Shown here: positions 19,558 to 28,708 of the stretch, piece after piece
Layout of the letters: each line of letters begins with the position of its first letter
Numbering within the stretch: position 1 is the stretch's first letter
From: Verrucomicrobiaceae bacterium
Lineage (GTDB): Bacteria; Verrucomicrobiota; Verrucomicrobiia; Verrucomicrobiales; Akkermansiaceae
Direction: 5' to 3'
Assembly: GCA_051252135.1 (NCBI GenBank)
Contig: JBPOGH010000001.1
Span: 192,001-256,000, forward strand
DNA: 64,000 nucleotides
Notes under the pieces: generated by a model
Told to the model about the DNA's origin: nothing
Databases searched by the model: none
The model's input: the letters and a program-made list of their open reading frames with translations, nothing else
Translations under genes and position numbers: made by a program

Positions 19558-20583
19558 TTACCAGGATAGCTGGACTCCAAGGGTTACCCAGTAATCAGAA
19601 CCGAGTTGGGGGCCGTTCAAATCCTGCCAGAGGGTTTTTCCAATCTCGAGTCCCGCCCGCAAATCAGCGGAGGAGGTCAGGAAGTTGAGTCCGGCCGAGA
19701 GGTCAAATTTTGAGCCCGCGCGAAGGCTTGGATTGGCCGTGGGAACAGGTCCGGCAATGAAAGCGTCTGTGCCGTGGATGTCACCCCAATCAGAAAAAGT
19801 CGCTCTCAGTGAGGTCGAAAAATTTCCGGTGAGTGGTTTGGCGATCCAGGACGTCGCTTCGAATCGATTCCCAAGGCGGTAGCCCTGATCGTTCTCATCG
19901 ATGAGAAGCTTCGCCGATCCCTGTATGCCATATGACCAGTCATCAAAGTGACCGGTGTAGGTGAGGGACGGGGCAATTCCCCAGCTTCCAGATCCCAGTT
20001 GCATGGGGTAGGGAAGCCGGCGGACTCCGCCTGCGGGAGGAATGAATCCGGTTTCTTTAGTGTCAGCAGTGGGCAACAAGAGTCCCAATCCTCCGTGAAG
20101 ACCGGAGTGCCCATCCTGCCAAATGCCAAACAGAGCCGTGAGTGAGGCATCACCCCAACCCGAGGATTCTGTTTTGAATTGATTGGCGAGTCCCGGCCCA
20201 TAGCTGTGGTTCATGGAAAGTTCCACGTAGTTGATCATGGCCATGAAGGTCAGTTTGTCCGAGGGAGCATACATCATGCCCAGCATGTGCATCTGCATGT
20301 CCATGTCGGTAGGAACGATCATGTAGCCTAGGCCCTGAGCTTGCGTGTCAGTGATCGTATTTGAGCCGAGGTAGCTCTGCTCCATGCTCATGAACATGGA
20401 GCGAGCGGAGACCATCAGGTGACCCCGGGCATGAAGGTGATCGCCCATGACTCCAATGGGTGCGTAGAGATCGGGGCGATCGCAAAGGCAGGCTCCGTGA
20501 TGGTGGTTCGATGAAACGGGGAGAACTCCGGCCTGAGAGGCGGAGATTGCGGTTAGAGAGATAAATAGTGTTTTGAAATTCAT
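19558..20583 (-). CDS. outer-membrane beta-barrel transporter-like protein, His/Met-rich
   Basis: signal peptide (SASQA), HHHHGACLC, APIGVMGDH, MDMQMHMLGMM, RLPYPMQLGSG, terminal aromatic (VQLSW). Confidence 0.75.
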   Translation of the reverse strand: MNFKTLFISLTAISASQAGVLPVSSNHHHGACLCDRPDLYAPIGVMGDHLHARGHLMVSARSMFMSMEQSYLGSNTITDTQAQGLGYMIVPTDMDMQMHMLGMMYAPSDKLTFMAMINYVELSMNHSYGPGLANQFKTESSGWGDASLTALFGIWQDGHSGLHGGLGLLLPTADTKETGFIPPAGGVRRLPYPMQLGSGSWGIAPSLTYTGHFDDWSYGIQGSAKLLIDENDQGYRLGNRFEATSWIAKPLTGNFSTSLRATFSDWGDIHGTDAFIAGPVPTANPSLRAGSKFDLSAGLNFLTSSADLRAGLEIGKTLWQDLNGPQLGSDYWVTLGVQLSW

Positions 20584-20681
20584 TTTGAGAAATTGGTTAA
20601 GAGAAAAGGACGCATGTTTCCCGATAAGGGAGCATGACAAGGAGTCGGTCTGAAGCTGCAGTCAGACGGAGTGGGGGTCTC

Positions 20682-21068
20682 TTAAGCAATCTCCGGCGGC
20701 GGAGTCGGAACCACAAAAATGAAGGGCAGGGGAGCAAGCCAAGGTTTCAATCTCAGATAGGACAGGCACTGTGGCTGCGATAGCGAAAAGGAGGAGGAAT
20801 TGGCATTGGGAGAATAGAGCTTGGGAAGTTGATCGGCCTGCCGTTCGGCAGGGGCGTTTTCCTGTTCTTTCTCGGTGAGTTCAGCGAGAGCGCAGCAGAC
20901 TTCACAAGGCTGATCTCCGGAAAATGTCGAGTTGAGCGCTTCAGTCAGGCCCATGTTTGGAGCACGGTCATTTAACATTGATGCCCATGCATACGTTTGC
21001 ACGGCGGCCTGATCGAGTCCACTGAGGACGACGATGGCGAGAATGCAAAGGGCACGGGCGAAGAACAT
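20682..21068 (-). CDS. DUF2946-like small protein with CxxC and C-terminal polyproline
   Basis: hydrophobic N-terminus, PCEVCC, ends VPTPPPEIA; upstream of the barrel gene. Confidence 0.6.
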   Translation of the reverse strand: MFFARALCILAIVVLSGLDQAAVQTYAWASMLNDRAPNMGLTEALNSTFSGDQPCEVCCALAELTEKEQENAPAERQADQLPKLYSPNANSSSFSLSQPQCLSYLRLKPWLAPLPFIFVVPTPPPEIA

Positions 21069-21109
21069 GGCGTCGCGGAAAGGGATATTCGCCGATTCGC
21101 GGCTGTCAA

Positions 21110-22009
21110 CTATTTCGCCCTGGGATGCGCCTCATCGTAGGCCGAGCGGAGGCGCTCCTTGGTAACGTGCGTGTAGATTTGGGTAGTCGAGAGAGAGGCG
21201 TGTCCGAGGAGCGACTGGACGGAACGTAGATCGGCACCATGATCGAGGAGATGGGTGGCGAATGAGTGCCGTAATTTGTGCGGGGTGACATTGAAGGCGA
21301 TCGAGGAATGTGAGAGGTATTTTTTAAGGACGCTATTGATCGATCGCGTAGAGAGACGTTTGCGCAGCTTGGATAGAAAGAGGGGGCCTTCATGAATGCT
21401 GGCAATGCTCCGATATGACTGGATGGCTTTCATGGCATACGAGCCGATGGGAACAAGGCGTTCTTTGGCCCCTTTACCCATGACACGCACGGTCTCCGAT
21501 GAGTAATCGATATCATCTACATCGAGGGCGGCCAGTTCGGAAAGGCGGAGTCCGGTGGAATAGAAGAGTTCAAGAATGGCGGCATCGCGCCGGGGTAACC
21601 AATCGGGGGCCTGTTTTTCAGGTTCGATCTTGAGAGGGAGTGCGAGGAGTTCTTCGATTTGGGATAGAGTCAACACCACCGGAAGCGGTTTGTCGGCTTT
21701 GGGAAGTTCGACCTCGGCGACGGGGCTCTTGGGATAGCCGTGACGATGAACGAGGAACTTGTAGAAGGATCGATATGCCGCGAAACGGAGTCTGATTGTC
21801 GCCCGTGCCAAGTCTTGCTTAAGCAATTCAAAAAGGTAGGCGCGAAAGTGATCTGCAGTAAGATCCCGCCAAGAGGTGAAGCGGTCACCAAGCCAGTCTT
21901 GAAATTTGCGGAGGGCGAGAGAGTAATTATCGAGAGTACGTTTGGAGGCATTCTTCTCGGTGAGAAGAAACTCGAAAAATTGTTCCTGCGGGAGATCGAG
22001 AGTAGCCAT
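21110..22009 (-). CDS. xerC: tyrosine recombinase XerC/XerD
   Basis: RDAAILELFYSTGLRLSEL, GKGAKER, HKLRHSFATH, LLGHASLSTTQIYTH, HPRA end. Confidence 0.85.
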   Translation of the reverse strand: MATLDLPQEQFFEFLLTEKNASKRTLDNYSLALRKFQDWLGDRFTSWRDLTADHFRAYLFELLKQDLARATIRLRFAAYRSFYKFLVHRHGYPKSPVAEVELPKADKPLPVVLTLSQIEELLALPLKIEPEKQAPDWLPRRDAAILELFYSTGLRLSELAALDVDDIDYSSETVRVMGKGAKERLVPIGSYAMKAIQSYRSIASIHEGPLFLSKLRKRLSTRSINSVLKKYLSHSSIAFNVTPHKLRHSFATHLLDHGADLRSVQSLLGHASLSTTQIYTHVTKERLRSAYDEAHPRAK

Positions 22010-22201
22010 CCGCCTTTAGTTAAGCATAGTAGAGGGTCAATTGATACGAATAATTAGGGGCGAATGTGTCCAGCGGGGACCAAAATTCCTGGAAACAGAT
22101 CGAGGGACCTGAAGAATTTGAAGAAAAATTATTTAGGAATGATAAAACAGTGTAAGATCGAGACGTAATAGGGTGAGAAAATCGGACAAGCTCCGACCAA
22201 G

Positions 22202-23128
22202 ATGAAGAAGATCACAACGACTAAAATTGCAGGGTTCCTAGTCCTCCAGCTATTGATTCTCCAAGGAGTATCAGGCAAGACAGTTGCTGACCGGAGTCAT
22301 GTTTTTGCGGAGAAAATGAACGAAATTCTCGTTGATTTAAAAGATACCCACTACCAGTCGAAAACAGTGGTCGATCCGGAGAAAGGGGTTTTTCGGTGCA
22401 ATTGTTCAGGATTGATCAGCCATCTTCTCAGGCATCATTTTCCCGAGTCTTACCTGACGGTCAGGGGGAGCAAGGCGCCCTGGAAGGTCAGGCCACTTGC
22501 AGTCACATTTTACGAGACTTTTATGGTGGCGGAAGACGGCAGGAAGCCCGGATGGCAGAAGGTGAATCGCATTATGGATGCGAAGCCGGGAGATATTGTC
22601 GCTTGGCGGAAGTTGACCATTAAGGAGGGATACAACACCGGTCACGTTGTCATGGTTGCCAGTCAACCGGTTCTTGATGCCGACGGTCGGGTGAAGGTGA
22701 GGATTGTGGACTCTTCAAGCGGAAGACGGGCAAACGACACGAGACCAAAGGGTGTGTCTGGAGTGGGCTCGGGAGATATGTGGTTCTCGATTGATGAGGA
22801 GGGGCGGCCCATTGCCTACTGGCTCAACGAGAAGTCGAACCGATCCAAGAGCAACAAGATTGCCATTGGGCGAATTGTGCCCATCACAGTGAAAGATGCC
22901 CTCTTTCCCAAACCGGTTCCTGCCAAAGCTCCGAAGGAAGTCCTTGCCGACCGTGATTTTATTGGGATGACGGGAGAAGATGCGGAAAGATTGGCTGAGA
23001 ATCGTGGTTTGATTCCTCGTGTGATCGTCAAGGAGGGTGAGCGACTTGCTGTCTCGAAGACCTTGAACGATGAGCGAGTCAACATGGTTGTGAAGTCCGG
23101 CAAGGTGATCCGGACGATCCGGGGCTAG
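22202..23128 (+). CDS. secreted NlpC/P60/CHAP-like papain-fold protein with C-terminal inhibitor-like domain
   Basis: signal peptide; CNCSGL, PGDIVAW, TGHV; tail FIGM..EDA..LA...G...RV....G......ERVN.VV..GKV....RG. Confidence 0.65.
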   Translation: MKKITTTKIAGFLVLQLLILQGVSGKTVADRSHVFAEKMNEILVDLKDTHYQSKTVVDPEKGVFRCNCSGLISHLLRHHFPESYLTVRGSKAPWKVRPLAVTFYETFMVAEDGRKPGWQKVNRIMDAKPGDIVAWRKLTIKEGYNTGHVVMVASQPVLDADGRVKVRIVDSSSGRRANDTRPKGVSGVGSGDMWFSIDEEGRPIAYWLNEKSNRSKSNKIAIGRIVPITVKDALFPKPVPAKAPKEVLADRDFIGMTGEDAERLAENRGLIPRVIVKEGERLAVSKTLNDERVNMVVKSGKVIRTIRG

Positions 23129-23916
23129 TGGTTCTTCCGGGCAGCTGCGGCCTCGATGAAGGCTTTGAGTAGTTTTGCTTGGCGTTCGTCTCCGGGGAGA
23201 AGTTTTTCAGGGTGCCATTGAACACCGATGAGGAAGCGGTCGGGGTCCGTGGTTTCTGTTGCTTCAACGATTCCCTCAGGGCTGCGCGCGACAATGCGGA
23301 GACCATTTCCCAAGTCTTTCACGGCTTGGTGGTGGAGGGAGTTCACTTCAAACTCGGAGGAGCCCAGAATACCAAAAAGACGCGAATCCGACTCGAGGGT
23401 GACGTTGTGGGTCGTGTCCCGATGGTTGACCCCGAATGTTGTCGGGATGTCCTGAACGAGGGAGCCTCCGCTAGCCACGTTGATCCACTGGCTACCCAGG
23501 CAGATGCCGAGCAAGGGCTTGTCGCTTTGGTTGATCCAGGCACTGCTCAGGGCCTTTTCGAAATGGAAGCGGGCATCATCGAGAATCTTTACGGTCTCGT
23601 GTGGTTCTTCTCCGTATTCGGATGGCGGAATATCGGGGCCTCCGGGGAGGAGGAGTCCGTCAAGGCGGTCCAAGTAGTCGGCAATCCGGTCAGTGTTGCC
23701 ATCCGTATTGGGAAGAATCACGGGGATTCCTCCGGCGTCACGGACGGCGCGGATGTAATTTTCGCTGTTTACGCTGGCGATACCGATCAGGGGGCGGGAA
23801 TCCTCCGAAGGGGAGGTGGACGGATCTACGGTGGTTTTTCCGACCTGGAAGCCAAGAAGGCCGGAGACGGCAATGAGAGCGGATGCCAGAAATGTCCGGC
23901 GAGAGGGTTTGTTCAT
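23125..23916 (-). CDS. peptidase C26 / gamma-glutamyl hydrolase (class I GATase) with Tat signal
   Basis: SRRTFL twin-arginine leader; LLLPGGPD, LGICLG, NSLHHQA, GVQWHPE. Confidence 0.9.
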   Translation of the reverse strand: MNKPSRRTFLASALIAVSGLLGFQVGKTTVDPSTSPSEDSRPLIGIASVNSENYIRAVRDAGGIPVILPNTDGNTDRIADYLDRLDGLLLPGGPDIPPSEYGEEPHETVKILDDARFHFEKALSSAWINQSDKPLLGICLGSQWINVASGGSLVQDIPTTFGVNHRDTTHNVTLESDSRLFGILGSSEFEVNSLHHQAVKDLGNGLRIVARSPEGIVEATETTDPDRFLIGVQWHPEKLLPGDERQAKLLKAFIEAAAARKNH

Positions 23917-23995
23917 AGATAAGTCAACCGGTGGCGACCCCTAGAAAATACCCGCGTCGGGATTGGGGATGCAAAGAAATTCGCGTACGAGCGAA

Positions 23996-24036
23996 AACAA
24001 AAACCGGATTGCGGGCCAAGGTCCCGAATCCGGTTT
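23996..24036 (-). terminator. intrinsic terminator after the sulfatase gene
   Basis: inverted repeat AAACCGGATT..AATCCGGTTT followed by a T run on the minus strand. Confidence 0.7.
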
Positions 24037-24057
24037 CAATCAAGCGATCGCCAATTG

Positions 24058-25653
24058 TCAGAGCTTGTCGGGGACGCGGAACTGCTTGGTGCGGAAATTC
24101 TTGATCTTTTCGTCGCTGTATTTTGGCGTGATAGAGTTATCCTCGTATTTCTCAATCAAGCCATTTAACCGGGATTTGAGACCGGAGATAAGGTCAGCGT
24201 TTCCGCTGTAATTGTAGATGTTTTTCAGCTCATCGGGATCTTTTTCCAAGTCATAGAGTTCCCACTCATCGAAGTTGTAAAAATGGATCAGCTTATATCG
24301 TTCGGTGCGGATGCCGTTATGCATTGGGATCATGTGGACGCTGGGATACTCGTAATAGTGGTAGTAAATGGAGTCGCGCCATTCAGGGGATTCTCCGCGC
24401 AGGAGGGGAACAAGTGATTTGCCCTGCAAGTCAGCAGGAATTGGGGAACCGGTGGCTTCGAGGAAGGTGGGGGCATAGTCAAGATTCTGCACCATGTCCT
24501 CGTTGACGGTGCCGGGCTTTGCGACTCCGGGCCACTTAACGATAAAGGGCATTTTTAAAGACTCCTCATACATCCAGCGCTTATCGAACCAACCGTGATC
24601 GCCAATGTAGAAGCCCTGATCAGAGGAGTAGATGACGATGGTGTTATCAGCAATGCCGAGGTCCTCGAGATTCTCCATGATTGCGCCGACGGACTCATCG
24701 ACTCCTTTGACGCAACGAAGGTAATTTTTGGCGTAGCGTTGGTATTTCCATCGGACGAGGTCTTTTCCTGTGGGTTTGAGCTCGCGGACAGCATCGTTCT
24801 TTGGGTCCCAGTGGGAGTTCCAAACAGAGAGCTGGGTGGGAGTCATTCGATGGAGATTTTTGGCAGCGGAACGATCCGCGCCTTCTTTCCCTTTGAGAGG
24901 AGTTTTGAGGGTGAGGTCGTAGAAGAGGTCGTAGTTGAGGTGCATATGTCCGTCGATCTCGAGTTCCTGCCACCGGGCGGGGGAGGCGTTGTCCTCCCAT
25001 TTATCGAAAAGGGTGGCAGGCTCGGGGATGTCGATGTCGTCGTAGAGATCGAGATGACGAAGGGCGGGCATCCAATTGCGGTGGGGTGCCTTGTGTTGGC
25101 ACATGAGCATGAAGGGTTGATCGTCTTTTACCTGTTGCTTGAGCCAATCAACGGCGAGATCGGTCACGACATCAGTGCAATGGCCTTCCAATCTCTCGCG
25201 ACCGTCCGGGGTCAGGACGTCAGGGTTGTAATAGTCGCCTTGGCCCGGGAGCACCTTCCAGGCGTCGAATCCCTGGGGCTCGGATTTGAGGTGCCACTTT
25301 CCGAAGATGGCGGTGCGATAGCCGTTCTTTTGGAGAATCTTCGGGAAGGTCTGTTGGTCGCCGTCGAACTTGTTCCCATTGTTCATGAAGCCATTTTTAT
25401 GGCTGTGTTTCCCGGTAAGGATCACGGCCCTGCTGGGGCCGCAGATGGAATTGGTGCAAAAGCTGTTTTTGAAAAGCATGCCCTGCTTGGCCAGCTTGTC
25501 GATATTGGGAGTGGGGTTGACGCTTTTGAGCCACCCCTCATAGGCGCCTATGGCATGAGGGGCGTGATCATCGGAGAAGATGAAGACAATGTTGGGCTTT
25601 TTGGCACTCAGGAGGCCAAGAGAGAGTGAGAAAAGAATGATCGGAAGCTTCAT
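24058..25653 (-). CDS. secreted formylglycine-dependent sulfatase
   Basis: signal peptide, PNIVFIFSDDH, CGPSRA..LTG (CxPxR), GKWHL, SSDQG, DKRWMYEES. Confidence 0.95.
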   Translation of the reverse strand: MKLPIILFSLSLGLLSAKKPNIVFIFSDDHAPHAIGAYEGWLKSVNPTPNIDKLAKQGMLFKNSFCTNSICGPSRAVILTGKHSHKNGFMNNGNKFDGDQQTFPKILQKNGYRTAIFGKWHLKSEPQGFDAWKVLPGQGDYYNPDVLTPDGRERLEGHCTDVVTDLAVDWLKQQVKDDQPFMLMCQHKAPHRNWMPALRHLDLYDDIDIPEPATLFDKWEDNASPARWQELEIDGHMHLNYDLFYDLTLKTPLKGKEGADRSAAKNLHRMTPTQLSVWNSHWDPKNDAVRELKPTGKDLVRWKYQRYAKNYLRCVKGVDESVGAIMENLEDLGIADNTIVIYSSDQGFYIGDHGWFDKRWMYEESLKMPFIVKWPGVAKPGTVNEDMVQNLDYAPTFLEATGSPIPADLQGKSLVPLLRGESPEWRDSIYYHYYEYPSVHMIPMHNGIRTERYKLIHFYNFDEWELYDLEKDPDELKNIYNYSGNADLISGLKSRLNGLIEKYEDNSITPKYSDEKIKNFRTKQFRVPDKL

Positions 25654-25693
25654 CTGGGGTCAGTCAACGATTTGCGAATGTCCTTGGCAATTT

Positions 25694-26494
25694 TTAAGAC
25701 GATTGATCTTGGTCCAGATGCCATATTTCGTCCTCAGTCCCTTGATTCCAAACCTTTGAGTCTTTGATGGCACGATGGGTGAAGGAATGGGCTTGAGCGG
25801 CTGCTTCCGAAATGGAGTGTCCATAGGCAATGCCGGCGCACAGGGCCGCGGAAAGCGTGCATCCGGTTCCATGGGTCATGGGGATGTCAAGGTGGGGGGC
25901 GATGAAGGGTTCGATGGCACCATCATGCACGAGGAGATCACGGTGGTCTGTGGTATTTTCAAAGTGGCCTCCTTTGAGATAACATGAGCAGGAAAATTTG
26001 TTGGCCAGGTCCAGAGCTGCCTTTTCCTGATCCCGATGTGAGAGAACCGGCCGCCCAAGAAGGATGGAGGCCTCGGGCAGGTTTGGGGTGATGATGTGTG
26101 CCATGGGTAGCAAGCGGTCGACAATGGCCGATAATGCGGAATCCTCGAGTAGCGGGTCTCCTGTCGAGGCGACCATGACGGGGTCGACGATGATCGGAAT
26201 ATCGTATTGAGATAAGATCTCGCAGACGGCAACGATGTGGGGTTTGGAAAAAAGCATCCCTGTTTTGATTGCCGCGACAGGGTAAGATTCCAGAAGGAGG
26301 CTGATTTGTTGTTGGAGGATGACCGGAGGGATCGGGTGGATCTCGCTGACAACCCGCGGGGTTTCTGCAACGACGCAGGTGACGGCATTCAGACCGTGAA
26401 CCCCGAAAGAAGAAAATGTTTTCAGATCAGCTTGCAAGCCAGCTCCCCCCGAGGAATCGGAACCGGCGATGGTGAGTGCAATGGGCATATTCAT
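25694..26494 (-). CDS. thiD: hydroxymethylpyrimidine/phosphomethylpyrimidine kinase
   Basis: [38 protein letters not shown]. Confidence 0.95.
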   Translation of the reverse strand: MNMPIALTIAGSDSSGGAGLQADLKTFSSFGVHGLNAVTCVVAETPRVVSEIHPIPPVILQQQISLLLESYPVAAIKTGMLFSKPHIVAVCEILSQYDIPIIVDPVMVASTGDPLLEDSALSAIVDRLLPMAHIITPNLPEASILLGRPVLSHRDQEKAALDLANKFSCSCYLKGGHFENTTDHRDLLVHDGAIEPFIAPHLDIPMTHGTGCTLSAALCAGIAYGHSISEAAAQAHSFTHRAIKDSKVWNQGTEDEIWHLDQDQSS

Positions 26495-26571
26495 GAGGAG
26501 AGTTTAAACTCAATTCTCCTGACTTGCGAGATCGACTTGCACGATGACAAGGCGGCGGTAGCATACAGCCT

Positions 26572-26955
26572 GTGTCAAAGGGGTATTTTGAATTACCAGG
26601 TCTCTCGGTAGAGGTTGAGGAGGTGGTCCATGTGCCTCACCTTGAGGCTCCGCCGGAGCGTCCCCATCCTTTTGTATATTTCATTTCCATCATTAACAAT
26701 TCTCCGGAGACGGTTACCATTTTGGGGAGAAAGTGGATTCTCCGCGAGAGTAACGGGGACACGATCGTCGTTGAGGGCGAGGGGGTCGTAGGTGAGACTC
26801 CGGTGATTCATTCCGGATCCAAATTTTCCTACAACAGCTACCACGTGATAGGTTGCCGGACCTCGGTGACAGGTGGATTTTTCGGAAGGGATTCAAAAGG
26901 ATTGGGGGTGCGGGTGACGATTCCGCCTTTTGAATTGGAGCCTCCCGTGATTTAG
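26572..26955 (+). CDS. apaG: ApaG-domain protein
   Basis: F.Y.I.I.N, R.W, VEGEGVVGETP, F.Y.S, IP.F.L. Confidence 0.85.
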   Translation: MSKGYFELPGLSVEVEEVVHVPHLEAPPERPHPFVYFISIINNSPETVTILGRKWILRESNGDTIVVEGEGVVGETPVIHSGSKFSYNSYHVIGCRTSVTGGFFGRDSKGLGVRVTIPPFELEPPVI

Positions 26956-27488
26956 AAAGAGATCACGCGATGCATTTTTTGATCGTGAGGAGCGGTGCTG
27001 AGTTCCGAGACAATCTGGCAGGAAAAGCAGGTTCCGATTTTCCGGGAGTCCGGAGCCTGGATGAGGAAGCGGTCGTAATATCCGCCACCTTGTCCCAACC
27101 GTAAGCCGTCTTTGGTAAAGGCAACTCCCGGGCAAATAATAGTGGAGAGTTGGGAGGGGGAGATGGCCGGAATTCCGGACGGTTCGGGGATGCCGAACGC
27201 TCCGGGGCGGAGAACGGAAAGATCGTTAACCGGTTGAAACTCCATTTTTCCTTCACCGAGAACCCGGGGGAAGCAAAAGGTTACGGCAGGACAAAAATCG
27301 AGCAGCGCGGTGAGGTCTGGTTCCCTGGGGGTCGGGTAAAAGAGAGCCACAGTGCCTGTGAGCATGGGGGCGATGGTCTCGCAAATGGCGGCCGAAGAAG
27401 TGGTTCGGGTGTGAGCGGGGAGCTGATCCAAGACCTGGCGCATCCTCCGCCGGAGGTTCGATTTATTGTCCCTTGCGTTCGGCGGCAT
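26952..27488 (-). CDS. 5-formyltetrahydrofolate cyclo-ligase
   Basis: K..LR, FGIPEP, PGVAF...G.RLGQGGGYYDR, HD; start set at ATG 27488. Confidence 0.92.
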   Translation of the reverse strand: MPPNARDNKSNLRRRMRQVLDQLPAHTRTTSSAAICETIAPMLTGTVALFYPTPREPDLTALLDFCPAVTFCFPRVLGEGKMEFQPVNDLSVLRPGAFGIPEPSGIPAISPSQLSTIICPGVAFTKDGLRLGQGGGYYDRFLIQAPDSRKIGTCFSCQIVSELSTAPHDQKMHRVISF

Positions 27489-27507
27489 GGCAGGAAGAAT
27501 AGCGGTG

Positions 27508-28062
27508 ATGAACGTGATCCGGCAAGCATGCCTCCTATTTATCACCGCCTTGATGGGAATGGGACAGGATGAGATGGACTTTCGATTCGAGGCTCCATTG
27601 GTGCTTGATTCGGTGTTTGACGACTCGTTGGGGATGATTCGGCAGGAGCGGGATGAGTATGCATCCAATCTTGTGATATACGCGTCAAATGAGGTGTTGC
27701 GGGAGAAAGCTTCTCCGGGCTCGTTGGCTTTGGCCAAGCGAGTGATCGCGTTGGCGCTGCATCTATCGCGTGGAAACAAGCAGGGTCTCCATCTGCAACG
27801 AAGGTTGAAGGAGGGGAAGCTACCCGCGTTTCAGGAACCTGAGTACGGAGCCCTGACTCTTTCCGGGTTGATATTTGAGCGGGCCCGCAAACTGGAAAAT
27901 CAACCGGGAGATCAAAATCGACTATTGGCGCGATATCTAATGGACCTTGCGGCAACCCTTGACTCTAAAAATGAGGAGATCGTAGAAGCCTGTGAAATGC
28001 AAAAAATCGAATACGGGAGAGTGCCTTGGAGTAAGCTGACGGGTAATCAATCGTCCAAGTAG
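27508..28062 (+). CDS. hypothetical helical (possibly exported) protein
   Basis: ORF filling the gap between neighbours; signal-like leader. Confidence 0.55.
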   Translation: MNVIRQACLLFITALMGMGQDEMDFRFEAPLVLDSVFDDSLGMIRQERDEYASNLVIYASNEVLREKASPGSLALAKRVIALALHLSRGNKQGLHLQRRLKEGKLPAFQEPEYGALTLSGLIFERARKLENQPGDQNRLLARYLMDLAATLDSKNEEIVEACEMQKIEYGRVPWSKLTGNQSSK

Positions 28063-28640
28063 CTTTGAAGCATTTCCCTGAGGGTCGTGCGAGCGCGGAA
28101 GAGTTGGCTTTTCACTGCTGGAACGGAAAGCTCGAGAACTTCGGCAATTTCCTCGTAGGGCATTTTTTCGTAGCGTCGAAGGACTACTGCGAGCCGTTGC
28201 TTTTCGGGGAGACTGGAAATAGCCCGATCCACCACCTCTCGTAATTCATCTTGTTCCAGGGATTGGTCCGGTTGTCCGGCGGGCGTAAGGTCGGCAAGTT
28301 GTTGATGCCAGTCCTGTTCTTGCTCTTCCAATGAGTGCTCCTTTTGCCTGCTTTTCTTCCGGGTGTGATTGAAGACAAGGTTCCTTGTGATGGTGAAGAG
28401 GAAGGTGGTGAATTTTGCGGTGGGCTTATATTTCCGGGACGACTTCCAGATTCGAATGAAGACCTGTTGGGAGAGGTCTTCGGTATCAGCGCAGAAGTGG
28501 GTCATTTTGCCTATGGTGCCGATCACCGCGCGCTGGTGTTTCTCCACCAGCTTGCGGAAAGCGTCCTCATCGCCGGAGGCGATTCGGTACATCAATGCGA
28601 CGTCTTCGTCGTTTGCTGCGTCTGCATCTCCTTCACCCAT
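28047..28640 (-). CDS. ECF sigma-70 factor
   Basis: EDLSQQVF.RIW region 2; LPEKQR..VVL..YE...Y.EIA..L..S..AVKS.LFRAR region 4. Confidence 0.93.
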   Translation of the reverse strand: MGEGDADAANDEDVALMYRIASGDEDAFRKLVEKHQRAVIGTIGKMTHFCADTEDLSQQVFIRIWKSSRKYKPTAKFTTFLFTITRNLVFNHTRKKSRQKEHSLEEQEQDWHQQLADLTPAGQPDQSLEQDELREVVDRAISSLPEKQRLAVVLRRYEKMPYEEIAEVLELSVPAVKSQLFRARTTLREMLQSYLDD

Positions 28641-28654
28641 CGATCAGTAAATTG

Positions 28655-28679
28655 AACCCAAAGGATGAGAAGAGGTTGC
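28655..28679 (-). promoter_or_regulatory. putative ECF-type autoregulatory promoter
   Basis: GCAAC-N16-GGTT on the minus strand, 14 nt before the ECF start codon. Confidence 0.35.
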
Positions 28680-28708
28680 GCGACGAAAACATTTTTCTGT
28701 AACGGGGG

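Noticed and set aside
21110..22009. Phage or genomic-island integrase
   Set aside because: Size and motifs fit housekeeping XerC/D; I saw no att repeats or phage genes.
24595..25629. 344 aa plus-strand ORF
   Set aside because: Antisense shadow of the sulfatase gene with no recognisable motifs.
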